Origin: a virus
Reading direction: 5' to 3' (one strand)
Virus record (IMG/VR): IMGVR_UViG_3300021077_000115
Span: 238,064 to 302,063 of that record
DNA: 64,000 bases
Notes under the pieces: generated by a model
The model's input: only the letters and a program-made list of their open reading frames with translations
The model's database searches: none
What the model was told of the DNA's origin: nothing
Part shown: in pieces, positions 34,186 to 44,203 of the stretch
Layout: every line of letters starts with the position of its first letter
How positions within the stretch are numbered: the first letter of the stretch is position 1
Program-made: the position numbers and the translations under genes

Positions 34186-35265
34186 TTACCTCGAATCTGC
34201 TAAGCTCTCAACCATAGTTACTAATTTATCAGTCAGGAAATTCCAATCATTATCCTTGCGATCAAGATGAGTTTGAATTAGTTCTTGTCTTATTTTGTAA
34301 TACTCATCTTTGAAATCATTACTCAAAAGTCTCTTTAGATTGGCTAGATTTTGATCTTGGCGCGCAGGGTCATATGTCCACTTCAGGATATCGTGACCAT
34401 ATGGATCCCACCACTCTTCGTGGCCAAATAGCGGAAGTCCTTGGCAAAGGAACTCATTAGCAAAGTATGGAAACCCTTCTGAATATGAGGTGTGTGCCAA
34501 ATATGCAAAATCGGATAATATCTCTCTAACCGCTCTGTCTGTTTTGTAAATGTGACTTATCACATTATACGATGAACTGTCAAAGTTGTTTGACTTTAGC
34601 ATATCTATGAGCTGTTCTGCATTTTTGCCACCAGCATCTTTCCCACCTCTATTATAGATTAGCATTTTCAATTTAGATAATCTAATATTTCTATTATAGA
34701 ATGTAGAGAAATAGGCTTTGTCTATTGGGTGCGGAACTAGCTCTATATTTTGTATGCTTGATACTAGTAATTGTTTCGTTTCAAGCACATCAATATTATC
34801 TGAATTCCATTTGCGTATTGCTACATCATTAGTTTTGAAGATTGCGCCATAAAGCCCTTCAAGTAAAGATGGGTGAGTGGGATATGTATTAGATCCTATT
34901 CCATACTTATTGAATTTACCATACTTCCACTTATCAACTTCAAAATTATCGTTGTCAATAATAATTGAGCGCTCAGGAAACTTTTTCAATTGGTAAGAGG
35001 GGCGTGCAGAAATGAATACATCTTTATTTGTCATTTGTATTTCATTTTTAGGTAATACAAACTCTTCAGTTGGCCCATTTTTCCAATTGGTATATATTGT
35101 ATTCTTTGGAAATTTTGCTAATATAGAATTGTATACAAAATATGTTATCTGATCCCATGAACATCTTCTGCCATGCAAATAACCATTTGGATTTTCTGGA
35201 GGTAATGATATGTAGATATTCATAACCTTATCCACTCTGGAGGTGCTAGGTCTGTTGTTGACCAT
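34186..35265 (-). CDS. hypothetical protein (359 aa)
   Basis: ORF in operon orientation within the glycan island. Confidence 0.45.
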   Translation of the reverse strand: MVNNRPSTSRVDKVMNIYISLPPENPNGYLHGRRCSWDQITYFVYNSILAKFPKNTIYTNWKNGPTEEFVLPKNEIQMTNKDVFISARPSYQLKKFPERSIIIDNDNFEVDKWKYGKFNKYGIGSNTYPTHPSLLEGLYGAIFKTNDVAIRKWNSDNIDVLETKQLLVSSIQNIELVPHPIDKAYFSTFYNRNIRLSKLKMLIYNRGGKDAGGKNAEQLIDMLKSNNFDSSSYNVISHIYKTDRAVREILSDFAYLAHTSYSEGFPYFANEFLCQGLPLFGHEEWWDPYGHDILKWTYDPARQDQNLANLKRLLSNDFKDEYYKIRQELIQTHLDRKDNDWNFLTDKLVTMVESLADSR

Positions 35266-36005
35266 GCGCTATAAGCGGGACCAAACCAATTGCTAGGCGC
35301 AACAACTACCTTATCTTCTGCCTTACTTAACCACGCCGCCCACCAAGAAAAAGAACTATTTGCTATAATGAAATCGGAACAACTAACCATTTTACTGAAA
35401 TCAGAAATTGTAGAAGATGTCTCGTTTATAGTAAACTCATTGCCCTTGAAGTTTTGTTTGCACCATTCAGTATCATCAGAAAATACCATGAATTTCTTCG
35501 TTGGAATCTTTTCTGCTGCACTCATATAATATTGCATCGTTTGAGTTGGATGATGCTTTGGATAGTTTAAATAATCTCCACGGCGAACATGAATACAACA
35601 ATAATCCTTCATGTCTTCAACTGGAATTGGCGATAATATTTCTTTGATGTAATCCTTGCAATTATCAAAGTATCTCCAGCTTTGAAAATAACCAGATAAT
35701 GAACAGTTATTCTGAAATGGTATCTCTACATAATGATACCCAGATTCTTTGTATTGTGTAGATATCTTAATAGAAGACTTATCAATAAAATACTCGTCTG
35801 GTATGTTTGTCCAACTTTGAAATTCCCATTTTGGAAAGCAAAACTGAACATTGTATCTCTTCGCATATCCAATAGTTGCAGCTATCTGAAATAAGGAATT
35901 ACCAAATCGACCATGATGCCCAAGTTCAATAAATGTAGCTGTCATATCATCTATCCATGATTCTCTTGTATGGAAGCATCGACCTGATTCTTCTTTCTGT
36001 TTCAA
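35220..36005 (-). CDS. alpha-1,2-fucosyltransferase-like glycosyltransferase (GT11 family)
   Basis: CIHVRRGDYLNY carries the HxRRxD motif I that is diagnostic of GT11 fucosyltransferases. The conserved C-terminal hydrophobic/aromatic region is also present. Confidence 0.65.
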   Translation of the reverse strand: MKQKEESGRCFHTRESWIDDMTATFIELGHHGRFGNSLFQIAATIGYAKRYNVQFCFPKWEFQSWTNIPDEYFIDKSSIKISTQYKESGYHYVEIPFQNNCSLSGYFQSWRYFDNCKDYIKEILSPIPVEDMKDYCCIHVRRGDYLNYPKHHPTQTMQYYMSAAEKIPTKKFMVFSDDTEWCKQNFKGNEFTINETSSTISDFSKMVSCSDFIIANSSFSWWAAWLSKAEDKVVVAPSNWFGPAYSAWSTTDLAPPEWIRL

Positions 36006-36705
36006 TTTGCAAACTTCGGTCTACTTTCGCTTCATTAATTGGCGATGTATAATTGTATACATATAATACATCTGGTATAAATGATTGCTTAGGACCGGCA
36101 AGCTCAAGCATTGGGAACATAGTAGCCAAATCTCCAGCCGCCCTAAACCAATCACCTTTGTACATCAAATCTTCTTTGCGTATCATCTTGTAAAGCCAAG
36201 CATAATGAGTTCTTAAGTGAGATGAACACCATTGATAGCGCCTAAACATATTGGAATCAATTATGTTCTTAGGTATCTCACACGAAAATCCATGACTATT
36301 ATCTGAATATGATATCCATTGACCATAGGTAATCCATATATCTTTTTCATTGTACTCTCTATTTACACGAGTCAATACATCATTGTTTGCAAGCCAATCA
36401 TCACCATCTAACAGAACAACAATCTCGTCATCATCACAACTATGTATCATGTTGTATGTATTACCAATTGGTAATAGACGTTTAGTATTTCTAGTCAGAA
36501 TAATTTTATGATTATTGTCATGCTTGGAGATAATGCGTTCTACCTCATCGGCGGTCCCATCAGTTGAACAATCATCTGCATAAATAATCCTAAAGTCTGG
36601 ATAATTCTGGTTCAAGGCAGAAAGAAGATTCTTCTCGCACCAATCTATATTTTGATAGCTTGGAATTACAATAACAAATCGATTAACTTTTGACATACAA
36701 AGCAT
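35947..36705 (-). CDS. glycosyltransferase family 2
   Basis: VIVIPSYQNIDWCEKNLLSALNQNYPDFRIIYADDCSTDGT is the GT2 N-terminal motif. The DxD is VLLDGDDW. Confidence 0.7.
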   Translation of the reverse strand: MLCMSKVNRFVIVIPSYQNIDWCEKNLLSALNQNYPDFRIIYADDCSTDGTADEVERIISKHDNNHKIILTRNTKRLLPIGNTYNMIHSCDDDEIVVLLDGDDWLANNDVLTRVNREYNEKDIWITYGQWISYSDNSHGFSCEIPKNIIDSNMFRRYQWCSSHLRTHYAWLYKMIRKEDLMYKGDWFRAAGDLATMFPMLELAGPKQSFIPDVLYVYNYTSPINEAKVDRSLQIETERRIRSMLPYKRIMDR

Positions 36706-37366
36706 CTCCCCAAGTCATACCATCCCACCAGGTACCAACTCTCTTGAATCCATAGCTACCCAGAAAGCCATCTATCTCACCAACTAAAGCACAGTTTTTG
36801 TATAACTCTGCTCTATTAACCTCAGCATATACATAATCTATGCCCTTCAAAGTATCAATTCCACCTTTAAAAACCTCCAACTCATATCCCTGTACATCAA
36901 TATTTATGAAGTTGTACAAAGCACAATCAAATGGCAACAAATCAAGCTTTGTAACACCAACCTTAATCTTGCCGTTGAATATTATATCTGGATACTGACT
37001 TAGGTGCTGATGTGGCTGTAATAAAGACGATGATTGACCTTGATTGGCAACTTCAGTAAACATATCTGCTTCGCCTTCAAAATTGCCAAGAGCAACATTG
37101 AATAATGTGCACTCGCTCCCAACATTTTTTGAAAGAATGTTGAAGTTGTCTAGTTGTGGCTCTACAAATATTATATTAGTCAGTCCGATGTCTTTGTAAT
37201 AAACATACTCCTGACCACGGTGGCCTCCTATGTGAATTACACCGCGAATATTCAAATCAAAATCAGAAATAAGATTCGGAAGAGGTTTTAGCATATAAAC
37301 CCATATATAACACGATATATTTGCAATTATGGATATTAATATTGTATACGACGCTATCAAAACCAC
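36683..37366 (-). CDS. FkbM-family methyltransferase. It probably starts at the Met near 37294.
   Basis: VIHIGGHRGQEYVYY...ALGNFEGEADMF...IDVQGYELEVFKG matches Methyltransf_21 (FkbM). The annotated N-terminal 24 aa are hydrophobic and overlap the divergent GT10 gene. Confidence 0.6.
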   Translation of the reverse strand: MVLIASYTILISIIANISCYIWVYMLKPLPNLISDFDLNIRGVIHIGGHRGQEYVYYKDIGLTNIIFVEPQLDNFNILSKNVGSECTLFNVALGNFEGEADMFTEVANQGQSSSLLQPHQHLSQYPDIIFNGKIKVGVTKLDLLPFDCALYNFINIDVQGYELEVFKGGIDTLKGIDYVYAEVNRAELYKNCALVGEIDGFLGSYGFKRVGTWWDGMTWGDALYVKS

Positions 37367-38252
37367 CGAGATTTTATATGAAGGACCAGAGGGGAAGGTA
37401 TATTATTCGCCTACTAGAAAAGAAAGAATGCCAAATATTTTTCAAAGCCTATGCAACAACCCAAACCCAAATGATAGCGCTCTTATGGCTGAACCAATAG
37501 TAGTCTCACCAGGAAACTACGATGTTAATTATCTGTCAAGGTTCAGGAAAGTATTTGGATGTTTTGAAAAAGCTTTCGAAAACACCAAAATCAAAGAAAA
37601 ATATGTGTGCGTAAATTATGGATATGATTTGAAAATTCACTCTCCATTATTGCAAATAGATGCAGAATCTATAAGAGAAAATTGGAAATCATGGAACCAA
37701 CGCAACGGAATGATTGTTATTGCCGGTGGTAGTAAGAATTCCACACATCAGGCATCAATTTATTGCCTAAGATTAATGATTGCAGATTTGTTCTATCAAA
37801 ACAATTTTGAAGTAGCATGGTATGGTCAGCAACACTGCAATAGACCATATTACAAAGGAGCGGTTCACGACAAAATTAGTGAAATAGGCAAATACAAGTT
37901 TGTAATATGTTCTGAAAATACATATGACCCAATTTATTCACATAATTATCTAACAGAAAAATTACCTCATGCTATTTACGGAGGAGCTCTTCCTCTTTAT
38001 ATTGGCTGCTATAATATAGATGACCTTGCACCTAAACATACATTTTTTGATCTGAGAAATTTTGTCTTACAAAATTACGGCCAAGTAACACTATTAAAAG
38101 AACCATTGCTAGAAGCTATAAAATCATTTAGTCAAGAAAATTTCGAACGATATCAAGAGGCAGCATATCAATTCATAAAAGATCCTCTTGGTATTAATTA
38201 TCATATGGATCCTAATAGAGTTTACAAAAAAATGTTAGATACATTACAATAG
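37329..38252 (+). CDS. alpha-1,3-fucosyltransferase-like glycosyltransferase (GT10 family)
   Basis: KYKFVICSENTYDPIYSHNYLTEKLPHAIYGGALPLYIG matches the GT10 signature YKFYLAFENS..pDYiTEKlw.nal.aGaVPVvlG. Confidence 0.7.
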   Translation: MDINIVYDAIKTTEILYEGPEGKVYYSPTRKERMPNIFQSLCNNPNPNDSALMAEPIVVSPGNYDVNYLSRFRKVFGCFEKAFENTKIKEKYVCVNYGYDLKIHSPLLQIDAESIRENWKSWNQRNGMIVIAGGSKNSTHQASIYCLRLMIADLFYQNNFEVAWYGQQHCNRPYYKGAVHDKISEIGKYKFVICSENTYDPIYSHNYLTEKLPHAIYGGALPLYIGCYNIDDLAPKHTFFDLRNFVLQNYGQVTLLKEPLLEAIKSFSQENFERYQEAAYQFIKDPLGINYHMDPNRVYKKMLDTLQ

Positions 38253-38969
38253 ATTGAATATCTTATTCAATTCATTGTTATACTTCGAATATGGCCTAAC
38301 CGAATGAATATCATAATAGTAACCTTTGCTAACCAATTTTCTATCGTATCTCCAAGTTGAGCGATCTATCCTGTGCCCATTCTGACCGCCATCTCGCTGA
38401 ATGAAATGAAACAGTGACTTATACTCATAATTATTTATTAGCATTGTTGAAGATACTTCATCAACAGACCAATGCTCATTACCATCATGGTTAGTATTAA
38501 TTCCATTTGAGGATATAATTGCTTTATCTATATACATATCAAAATCAACATTCCCAAGAACCTTGCTGTAAGTATTCCCAGATGCAATATGATAGCAAGC
38601 CGGGATATTGTTTGCACATGGGTTTATGTGAACGTATTTATCGTTCGAGATCTGCTCTAGTTGAGTATTGAAGTAAAAATTTGACAGCGGATACATATCA
38701 ATATCAGAAATAATACCAATCTTATTTCCAAGTTGTGTCGCATACCAATACCTAACAATTTGACATTGTAAAGATATTGAAAATCTTGGAATTGGCTTTA
38801 TTCTAATTACATTACCATATTCTTCTGATATATTAATACTCTCGTTATCTTCTATATAAAGCAATATAGGGTTTATATTCAATCTTCTCCATGCTTTAGA
38901 CACAGAAGGCCAAAAATCCAAATAGAATGAATTTGAGTTAGAACTATTTATAGCAACATCTATTTTCAT
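38244..38969 (-). CDS. hypothetical protein (241 aa)
   Basis: ORF coupled (ATGA-type overlap) to the UDP-xylose synthase gene. Confidence 0.45.
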   Translation of the reverse strand: MKIDVAINSSNSNSFYLDFWPSVSKAWRRLNINPILLYIEDNESINISEEYGNVIRIKPIPRFSISLQCQIVRYWYATQLGNKIGIISDIDMYPLSNFYFNTQLEQISNDKYVHINPCANNIPACYHIASGNTYSKVLGNVDFDMYIDKAIISSNGINTNHDGNEHWSVDEVSSTMLINNYEYKSLFHFIQRDGGQNGHRIDRSTWRYDRKLVSKGYYYDIHSVRPYSKYNNELNKIFNLL

Positions 38970-39901
38970 TACAAGATTTTCCTAAAATAAGATATAGTCT
39001 CCTTAAGCCCATCATCTATATTTACGGATGGCTCCCAAGAAAGTTTGTTCTTAGCCAAGCTAATATCTGGTTTACGTTGCTTTGGATCATCCTGCGGAAG
39101 AGATTTGAATATCAGTTTCGACTTAGCTTTAGTCTGAGTCAATATCTTCTCTGCTAGCTCTAACATCGTAAACTCACCAGGATTTCCCAGATTGATTGGT
39201 CCGGTAAAGCCAGCCTCTGTATCCATCATGCGCAACATGCCTTCCACCAAATCATCAACATAACAGAAAGAACGTGTCTGCCTGCCATCTCCATAGATTG
39301 TGATGTCCTCACCACGTAAGGCCTGCACAATGAAATTGGAAACTACGCGCCCATCGTTTGGATGCATTCGAGGCCCATAGGTATTGAATATCCTAATCAC
39401 TTTGATATCAAGGTTATGCTGCCTGTGATAATCGAAAAACAATGTCTCGGCACAGCGCTTACCCTCATCATAACAACTGCGAATGCCAATCGGATTAACT
39501 CGGCCCCAATAACTTTCAGGCTGGGGATGTACCTCAGGATCACCATAGACTTCTGAGGTTGAAGCCTGAATAATGCGTGCTTTGACTCGTTTAGCCAGGC
39601 CAAGCATGTTGATGGCCCCGTGTACGGATGTTTTGGTCGTTTGCACAGGGTCAAACTGGTAGTGCACTGGGGATGCTGGGCAGGCTAGATTGAAAATTCG
39701 CTCAACTTCAACATACAGAGGAAATGTCACATCGTGTCGCATCATTTCAAAAAGTGGATTATTAAGCAGATGAGCAATGTTCTTCTTGGTACCCGTGAAG
39801 TAATTGTCCACGCAAAGAACTTCGTTCCCAGACTTCAACAGACGTTCACATAGATGCGAGCCAATAAATCCAGCGCCGCCAGTGACCAAAACTTTATTCA
39901 T
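38969..39901 (-). CDS. UDP-glucuronate decarboxylase (UDP-xylose synthase, UXS/ArnA-like SDR)
   Basis: [37 protein letters not shown] is highly characteristic of UXS. The catalytic Y-x-x-x-K is [15 protein letters not shown] is also present. Confidence 0.85.
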   Translation of the reverse strand: MNKVLVTGGAGFIGSHLCERLLKSGNEVLCVDNYFTGTKKNIAHLLNNPLFEMMRHDVTFPLYVEVERIFNLACPASPVHYQFDPVQTTKTSVHGAINMLGLAKRVKARIIQASTSEVYGDPEVHPQPESYWGRVNPIGIRSCYDEGKRCAETLFFDYHRQHNLDIKVIRIFNTYGPRMHPNDGRVVSNFIVQALRGEDITIYGDGRQTRSFCYVDDLVEGMLRMMDTEAGFTGPINLGNPGEFTMLELAEKILTQTKAKSKLIFKSLPQDDPKQRKPDISLAKNKLSWEPSVNIDDGLKETISYFRKIL

Positions 39902-39903
39902 AA

Positions 39904-40731
39904 TTATCCTTTGAATGGAATATGGATTGGCTTAAAGTGATTCATATACAATCCACAATTCTTCTTGAAAGCATCTACAAGCTCATCATGTTGCTGAGTT
40001 TTGAATTTACGATATTCATTTACCTCACCATTATCCTCACCCAAATGAATGCCCATCTTTTCAACGTATCCCATCTTAAAGTTGGCAACTCTGGCGCGAA
40101 TTCCAAAATCGCTGTCCTCAAGGCCATACTTATTGTACTCAGTATTGAAGAAGCCTATCATTTGGTGTAGCTGTTTGCGAAACACCATACAGGCCGTTCC
40201 CAAATTACCAGCTGGCTTATCCTGGAAGACGCAGCCATTATGAGTTACCAAAGGATAGGATTTTGGTTCGAAGTTTACCCCAATAGCGCCATAGCCTTTA
40301 TTGGACTCCAGAATTTTGATGCTGTCCTCTAACCATCCATTTGGTAGTTGAACATCATTATCAATAGTGCAATACCAAGTTGGCTTCAATTCATCAGCCT
40401 TCTTTAGGGCTAGATTGCGACCAATGGCAATACCCTTATTCTCTGGGAGCAGAATCAACTCTACTTCTTTCAATGGGTCTTTGTCGCGGCCAGGGGCCAT
40501 CATTGAGCTGGCAAGTTTTAACTTCTTGAGATATTCCGGGGTTCCATCACTTGATCCGTTATCTACTATTACAAGAGAAAATGGATGTTTCGTGCTACTA
40601 GATAAAGCAGCTACCGTCTTTTTGGTAAGATCAAGCCGATCATATGTTACCATCATTAAAACAGTGTCAGTTTTCATTATTTTTCCTTTCATGCGGACAA
40701 TAACCATAGGATCCGCGAGATACAGCGGCAT
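39904..40731 (-). CDS. glycosyltransferase family 2
   Basis: [40 protein letters not shown]. The DxD is TIDNDVQL. Confidence 0.7.
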   Translation of the reverse strand: MPLYLADPMVIVRMKGKIMKTDTVLMMVTYDRLDLTKKTVAALSSSTKHPFSLVIVDNGSSDGTPEYLKKLKLASSMMAPGRDKDPLKEVELILLPENKGIAIGRNLALKKADELKPTWYCTIDNDVQLPNGWLEDSIKILESNKGYGAIGVNFEPKSYPLVTHNGCVFQDKPAGNLGTACMVFRKQLHQMIGFFNTEYNKYGLEDSDFGIRARVANFKMGYVEKMGIHLGEDNGEVNEYRKFKTQQHDELVDAFKKNCGLYMNHFKPIHIPFKG

Positions 40732-40734
40732 CTG

Positions 40735-41694
40735 TCATAAGCCCTCGCAAATCCCAAACACATCTATCGGAGATACATGTCGATCTGTAAATATATCATT
40801 GTTCACCCCAAGAAATTCGGCATTTTTAAACAAACTATACTGATTGTCCAGGTGTCTCGAAATAAGTTTGGCATCTGATATAATAAGAGAAATCAACAAC
40901 CAATTAATATCATTTGATAATACCATCCAAGACTTCTTGATTGTTTGTAATATGTTTCTTAGACTATATTCAATTGCCAATATATTTGTTCCATAAAAGG
41001 CGCTGGTTTTATGTGTAAACACAATAACTTTCCAACCCTTATGAGATGCCAGTTGAGAAAATTCTTTGATGTTCTGTAAGTTCCATCTTAGGATATCTTT
41101 ATTGGTATTGCTTAAGACAATAGATATAACTTTGGTAGTTTGCCTAACTCTACCAGTGTTATGCAGCTCATCAAAGAATTCTGTTCCAAGACCACGAAGC
41201 TTTGGGACATAATTTCTCCAAGGAATCATGATATTTCCAGACATCTGTTCTAAAACAGGAGCCTTAACGACATCCGGATACTTTCCCCAATAACTTTTGC
41301 GAACCAGATAGTTGTTCAGGATGTTTAGGTAGGCATTACCACCGTTATCTAAGAATAACGGAACTGGATACTGCTTCAATATCTCTGGCGTTAGTTTGAC
41401 CGGACTGATCTTGCATAATCCCTGAGCCCTAACAAAAAACGAATACTCAGGATTGCCAAGCCAATAAATCTTGTGAGAAGAATCAAAAGATACAAGAGCT
41501 TCAGCTGCGCTCAAAGAGAAAAACGATTCTAACAAACCGCCGAATGCAGCAATTATAATCTCACGACCATCCAGAACTTTATGCCAAGTTTCGAAATCAA
41601 TTTCTGGAATAATATACTTTCCATTACTCAATTTCCAGGGAATTCCTGGTGAAAATGGAAAGAACCTAGACCTGTATTTCTTTTTCGGCTTCAT
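40735..41694 (-). CDS. putative glycosyltransferase (GT9/heptosyltransferase-like fold?)
   Basis: The N-terminal REIIIAAFGGLLESFFSLSAAEAL and the central ISIVLSNTNK...W...FSQLASHKGWKVIVFT loosely resemble GT9 blocks. This is a weak call. Confidence 0.3.
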   Translation of the reverse strand: MKPKKKYRSRFFPFSPGIPWKLSNGKYIIPEIDFETWHKVLDGREIIIAAFGGLLESFFSLSAAEALVSFDSSHKIYWLGNPEYSFFVRAQGLCKISPVKLTPEILKQYPVPLFLDNGGNAYLNILNNYLVRKSYWGKYPDVVKAPVLEQMSGNIMIPWRNYVPKLRGLGTEFFDELHNTGRVRQTTKVISIVLSNTNKDILRWNLQNIKEFSQLASHKGWKVIVFTHKTSAFYGTNILAIEYSLRNILQTIKKSWMVLSNDINWLLISLIISDAKLISRHLDNQYSLFKNAEFLGVNNDIFTDRHVSPIDVFGICEGL

Positions 41695-42485
41695 TAGTCG
41701 TCATACTTGTAAATCCCAGACCATTTACTTCGAAATAACTTTGCATTAGTACCCATCATTAATTTGTGCATTGGGTTCTTCTTTAAAGTTGCGCTTTCCT
41801 CATGGAATACATTGGTCTTACCACAATACATAATCTTCTTATTCATGCCATACTTTACAGATAAGCAGGCATCGATGTCTTCGAATGACCAGAAGAAGCC
41901 CTCGTCCATTCCAACTCTACCGCTCTTGTTTGAAATGCAGATCCTCCTATAATCGCCAGCCCGAATCAAGACCAATGCTCCAGTTACGGCTTGGAATTCA
42001 CGATTCTTCTTAGCACTTTCATCGGCCACTTCTTGATGCCGATAATGGTATGGGAAATAGTTATACTTCTTGGAAAAATACACACCAGCATGCTGAAGCT
42101 TTTGCCCATCCGGATACAATATCCTAGCGCCAACCATACCTACATCATCAGTTAGCAACTTGAACATTTCCACAACCGAATTCTTGTCATTGAACCACAA
42201 ATCATTGTTGAGCAGCATGATAACGTCATCATCAGCCGGCTTGGTTCGTTCAAATAGAACGTTCATTCCACCAGCAAATGAATCTGTATTGTGGCCACAG
42301 AAAAATGTATCCACTCTATCGCTTTGTATTGACGACAGATACTCAGCCGATCCATCCTTTGAACCATTATCCTTGATCCACCATTTGTAATCATACATCT
42401 CAACGGCTGGTATGAGAGATTTGTAAAGGCGCTCTATTTTTTCCTTAGCGTTCCAATGAAGCGTAAATATCATCAATTTGCTCAT
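41694..42485 (-). CDS. glycosyltransferase, GT2-like
   Basis: The N-terminal Rossmann-like region WIKDNGSKDGSAEYL is followed by the DxD-type motif VIMLLNNDLWF. Confidence 0.5.
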   Translation of the reverse strand: MSKLMIFTLHWNAKEKIERLYKSLIPAVEMYDYKWWIKDNGSKDGSAEYLSSIQSDRVDTFFCGHNTDSFAGGMNVLFERTKPADDDVIMLLNNDLWFNDKNSVVEMFKLLTDDVGMVGARILYPDGQKLQHAGVYFSKKYNYFPYHYRHQEVADESAKKNREFQAVTGALVLIRAGDYRRICISNKSGRVGMDEGFFWSFEDIDACLSVKYGMNKKIMYCGKTNVFHEESATLKKNPMHKLMMGTNAKLFRSKWSGIYKYDD

Positions 42486-43477
42486 AAAGAAACCCTCTCT
42501 GTAATTTTACATTGCTTTTCGTGACAATGAGGACACCAAGTCCCAATATTCCTGACGCTGTGCATTGTAGCCAGCCATTCATGGCCTGACTTACATTTCC
42601 ATCGCAACTTTTTATTTGCCGAGACGTATTCATCGGACAAACAAAACCCACCTCGATTAGAGGCCACAAACTTAGCATCGTCTAATGTTAGTTTCTTCAA
42701 ACCGCAACAAGACGGACACCAACTTCCATTTTCTATAGAATACCCAACCGCACTCCATGTGTGGCCATGTTCACATTGCCAAACCAATGGCTCATGAAAA
42801 TTAATATACGCATCAGATAAACACTTACCATATCTTTCAGACGCCAAATCCTTGTAATAACCAAGCCTATCAAAACCACCTTGAAGCTTAGACATATCTA
42901 CATGTATATTGTTAATGCTTGCTGGCAATGATATCCTCAACCTTTCGCACTCTTTGACCAAAAATTCACCAAGATCCTTTAGCTTAATTTCTCTAAATAT
43001 CTCGGGTATAATCATCAGCTTAACTCCAAGTTCTCTGCATTTATTGGCCTTGAACAAATCTCTCGACTTTTGCTTATTCAACGAAGATCCGTCGCGATGA
43101 AAGTATGGTACATTTGTATTGTGCTGAACTCCATTGTGTTCAAAAGCAATGGCCAACTCATGACAATATCCGTCAAGCTCTAAATTATATTTGCTGTGTT
43201 TCAGCCAAGCTGGCCGTATCTTTACAAATGGCTTTCCGAATATAGCCTCTAAATACAATCTACAAATACCCTCCCCAATATTTGAATTGCATTGGTTGCA
43301 CCAAGACTTATAATATTGGATATGCTTCCAAGCCAGAGAAAACGCATGTCCAAATTCACACTCCCACATCAATGGCTTATTTGCGTTTATATAAATGCTA
43401 CTAAGGCACTTGCCGTTTTTGGATTTGGCAAGTTCATTACAGTCGTTGATTGTTATCTTCCTATATTGATTAGACAT
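42482..43477 (-). CDS. protein with three tandem zinc-ribbon repeats (DUF4379-like 'probable zinc-ribbon' domain)
   Basis: Three repeats: KCLSSIYINANKPLMWECEFGHAFSLAWKHIQYYKSWCNQC / KCLSDAYINFHEPLVWQCEHGHTWSAVGYSIENGSWCPSCC / FCLSDEYVSANKKLRWKCKSGHEWLATMHSVRNIGTWCPHC. Confidence 0.55.
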   Translation of the reverse strand: MSNQYRKITINDCNELAKSKNGKCLSSIYINANKPLMWECEFGHAFSLAWKHIQYYKSWCNQCNSNIGEGICRLYLEAIFGKPFVKIRPAWLKHSKYNLELDGYCHELAIAFEHNGVQHNTNVPYFHRDGSSLNKQKSRDLFKANKCRELGVKLMIIPEIFREIKLKDLGEFLVKECERLRISLPASINNIHVDMSKLQGGFDRLGYYKDLASERYGKCLSDAYINFHEPLVWQCEHGHTWSAVGYSIENGSWCPSCCGLKKLTLDDAKFVASNRGGFCLSDEYVSANKKLRWKCKSGHEWLATMHSVRNIGTWCPHCHEKQCKITERVSL

Positions 43478-43510
43478 AGCATTCCTATCAGTAAGAATAT
43501 ATAATTATGC

Positions 43511-44191
43511 CTATTTATTGCCCCATATTTCTATAAACGTTTTCTTAGACTTCAAATACAGATCTGATAATACTTTCTTCCCGGTAACTCTGCCAATGTG
43601 TCTGACAGGCACATCAACAACTTTAAACTCAATACCAAGGCCCTTAGCTCTAAAGGATAGGTCAGTATCCTCGAAGTAAGATATGAACTTAGTAGAAAAT
43701 GGACCAACATCGCCTTCTAGAATCAAACGATCCCAAGTAGCAACAGAGGCAGTGATATTCCATCCGCTTAGGTAGAAAAGAAACCCAGTCGTAGGAAGCT
43801 TGTTCATCTCACGAACAAAGTTCAAATGAATATCTAACAGCCCAATGGTTGGACCTACAAGGAACCCATTTTGAGCCTCACGAATAATAGGCTCTGTCCA
43901 CACAGAATTTTCCTCGGCAATACGAATATCATTGTTGAGGAACATTATGTTTTCATAACCGAGACTGACAGCCCTTTCGTAACCAGTATTGCACCCCTTA
44001 GCAAACCCAAGATTCTTGGAATGTCGTACGACAGACAATCTGGCTGATGATTGTAGTTGTTTGGTACTGTCTGTGCTTCCATTATCCACTACAACAAACC
44101 CATGGTCTTGTGGAAGATGGGATAGATCTGATAATGCGCGCTTTGTATATGCCCAATTGTTCCAGGCCGGAATAACGATAGCTAAACTCAT
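43511..44191 (-). CDS. glycosyltransferase family 2
   Basis: LAIVIPAWNNWAYTKRALSDLSHLPQDHGFVVVDNGSTDST. The DxD is FLNNDIRI. Confidence 0.65.
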   Translation of the reverse strand: MSLAIVIPAWNNWAYTKRALSDLSHLPQDHGFVVVDNGSTDSTKQLQSSARLSVVRHSKNLGFAKGCNTGYERAVSLGYENIMFLNNDIRIAEENSVWTEPIIREAQNGFLVGPTIGLLDIHLNFVREMNKLPTTGFLFYLSGWNITASVATWDRLILEGDVGPFSTKFISYFEDTDLSFRAKGLGIEFKVVDVPVRHIGRVTGKKVLSDLYLKSKKTFIEIWGNK

Positions 44192-44203
44192 TTATTTCTC
44201 CAT

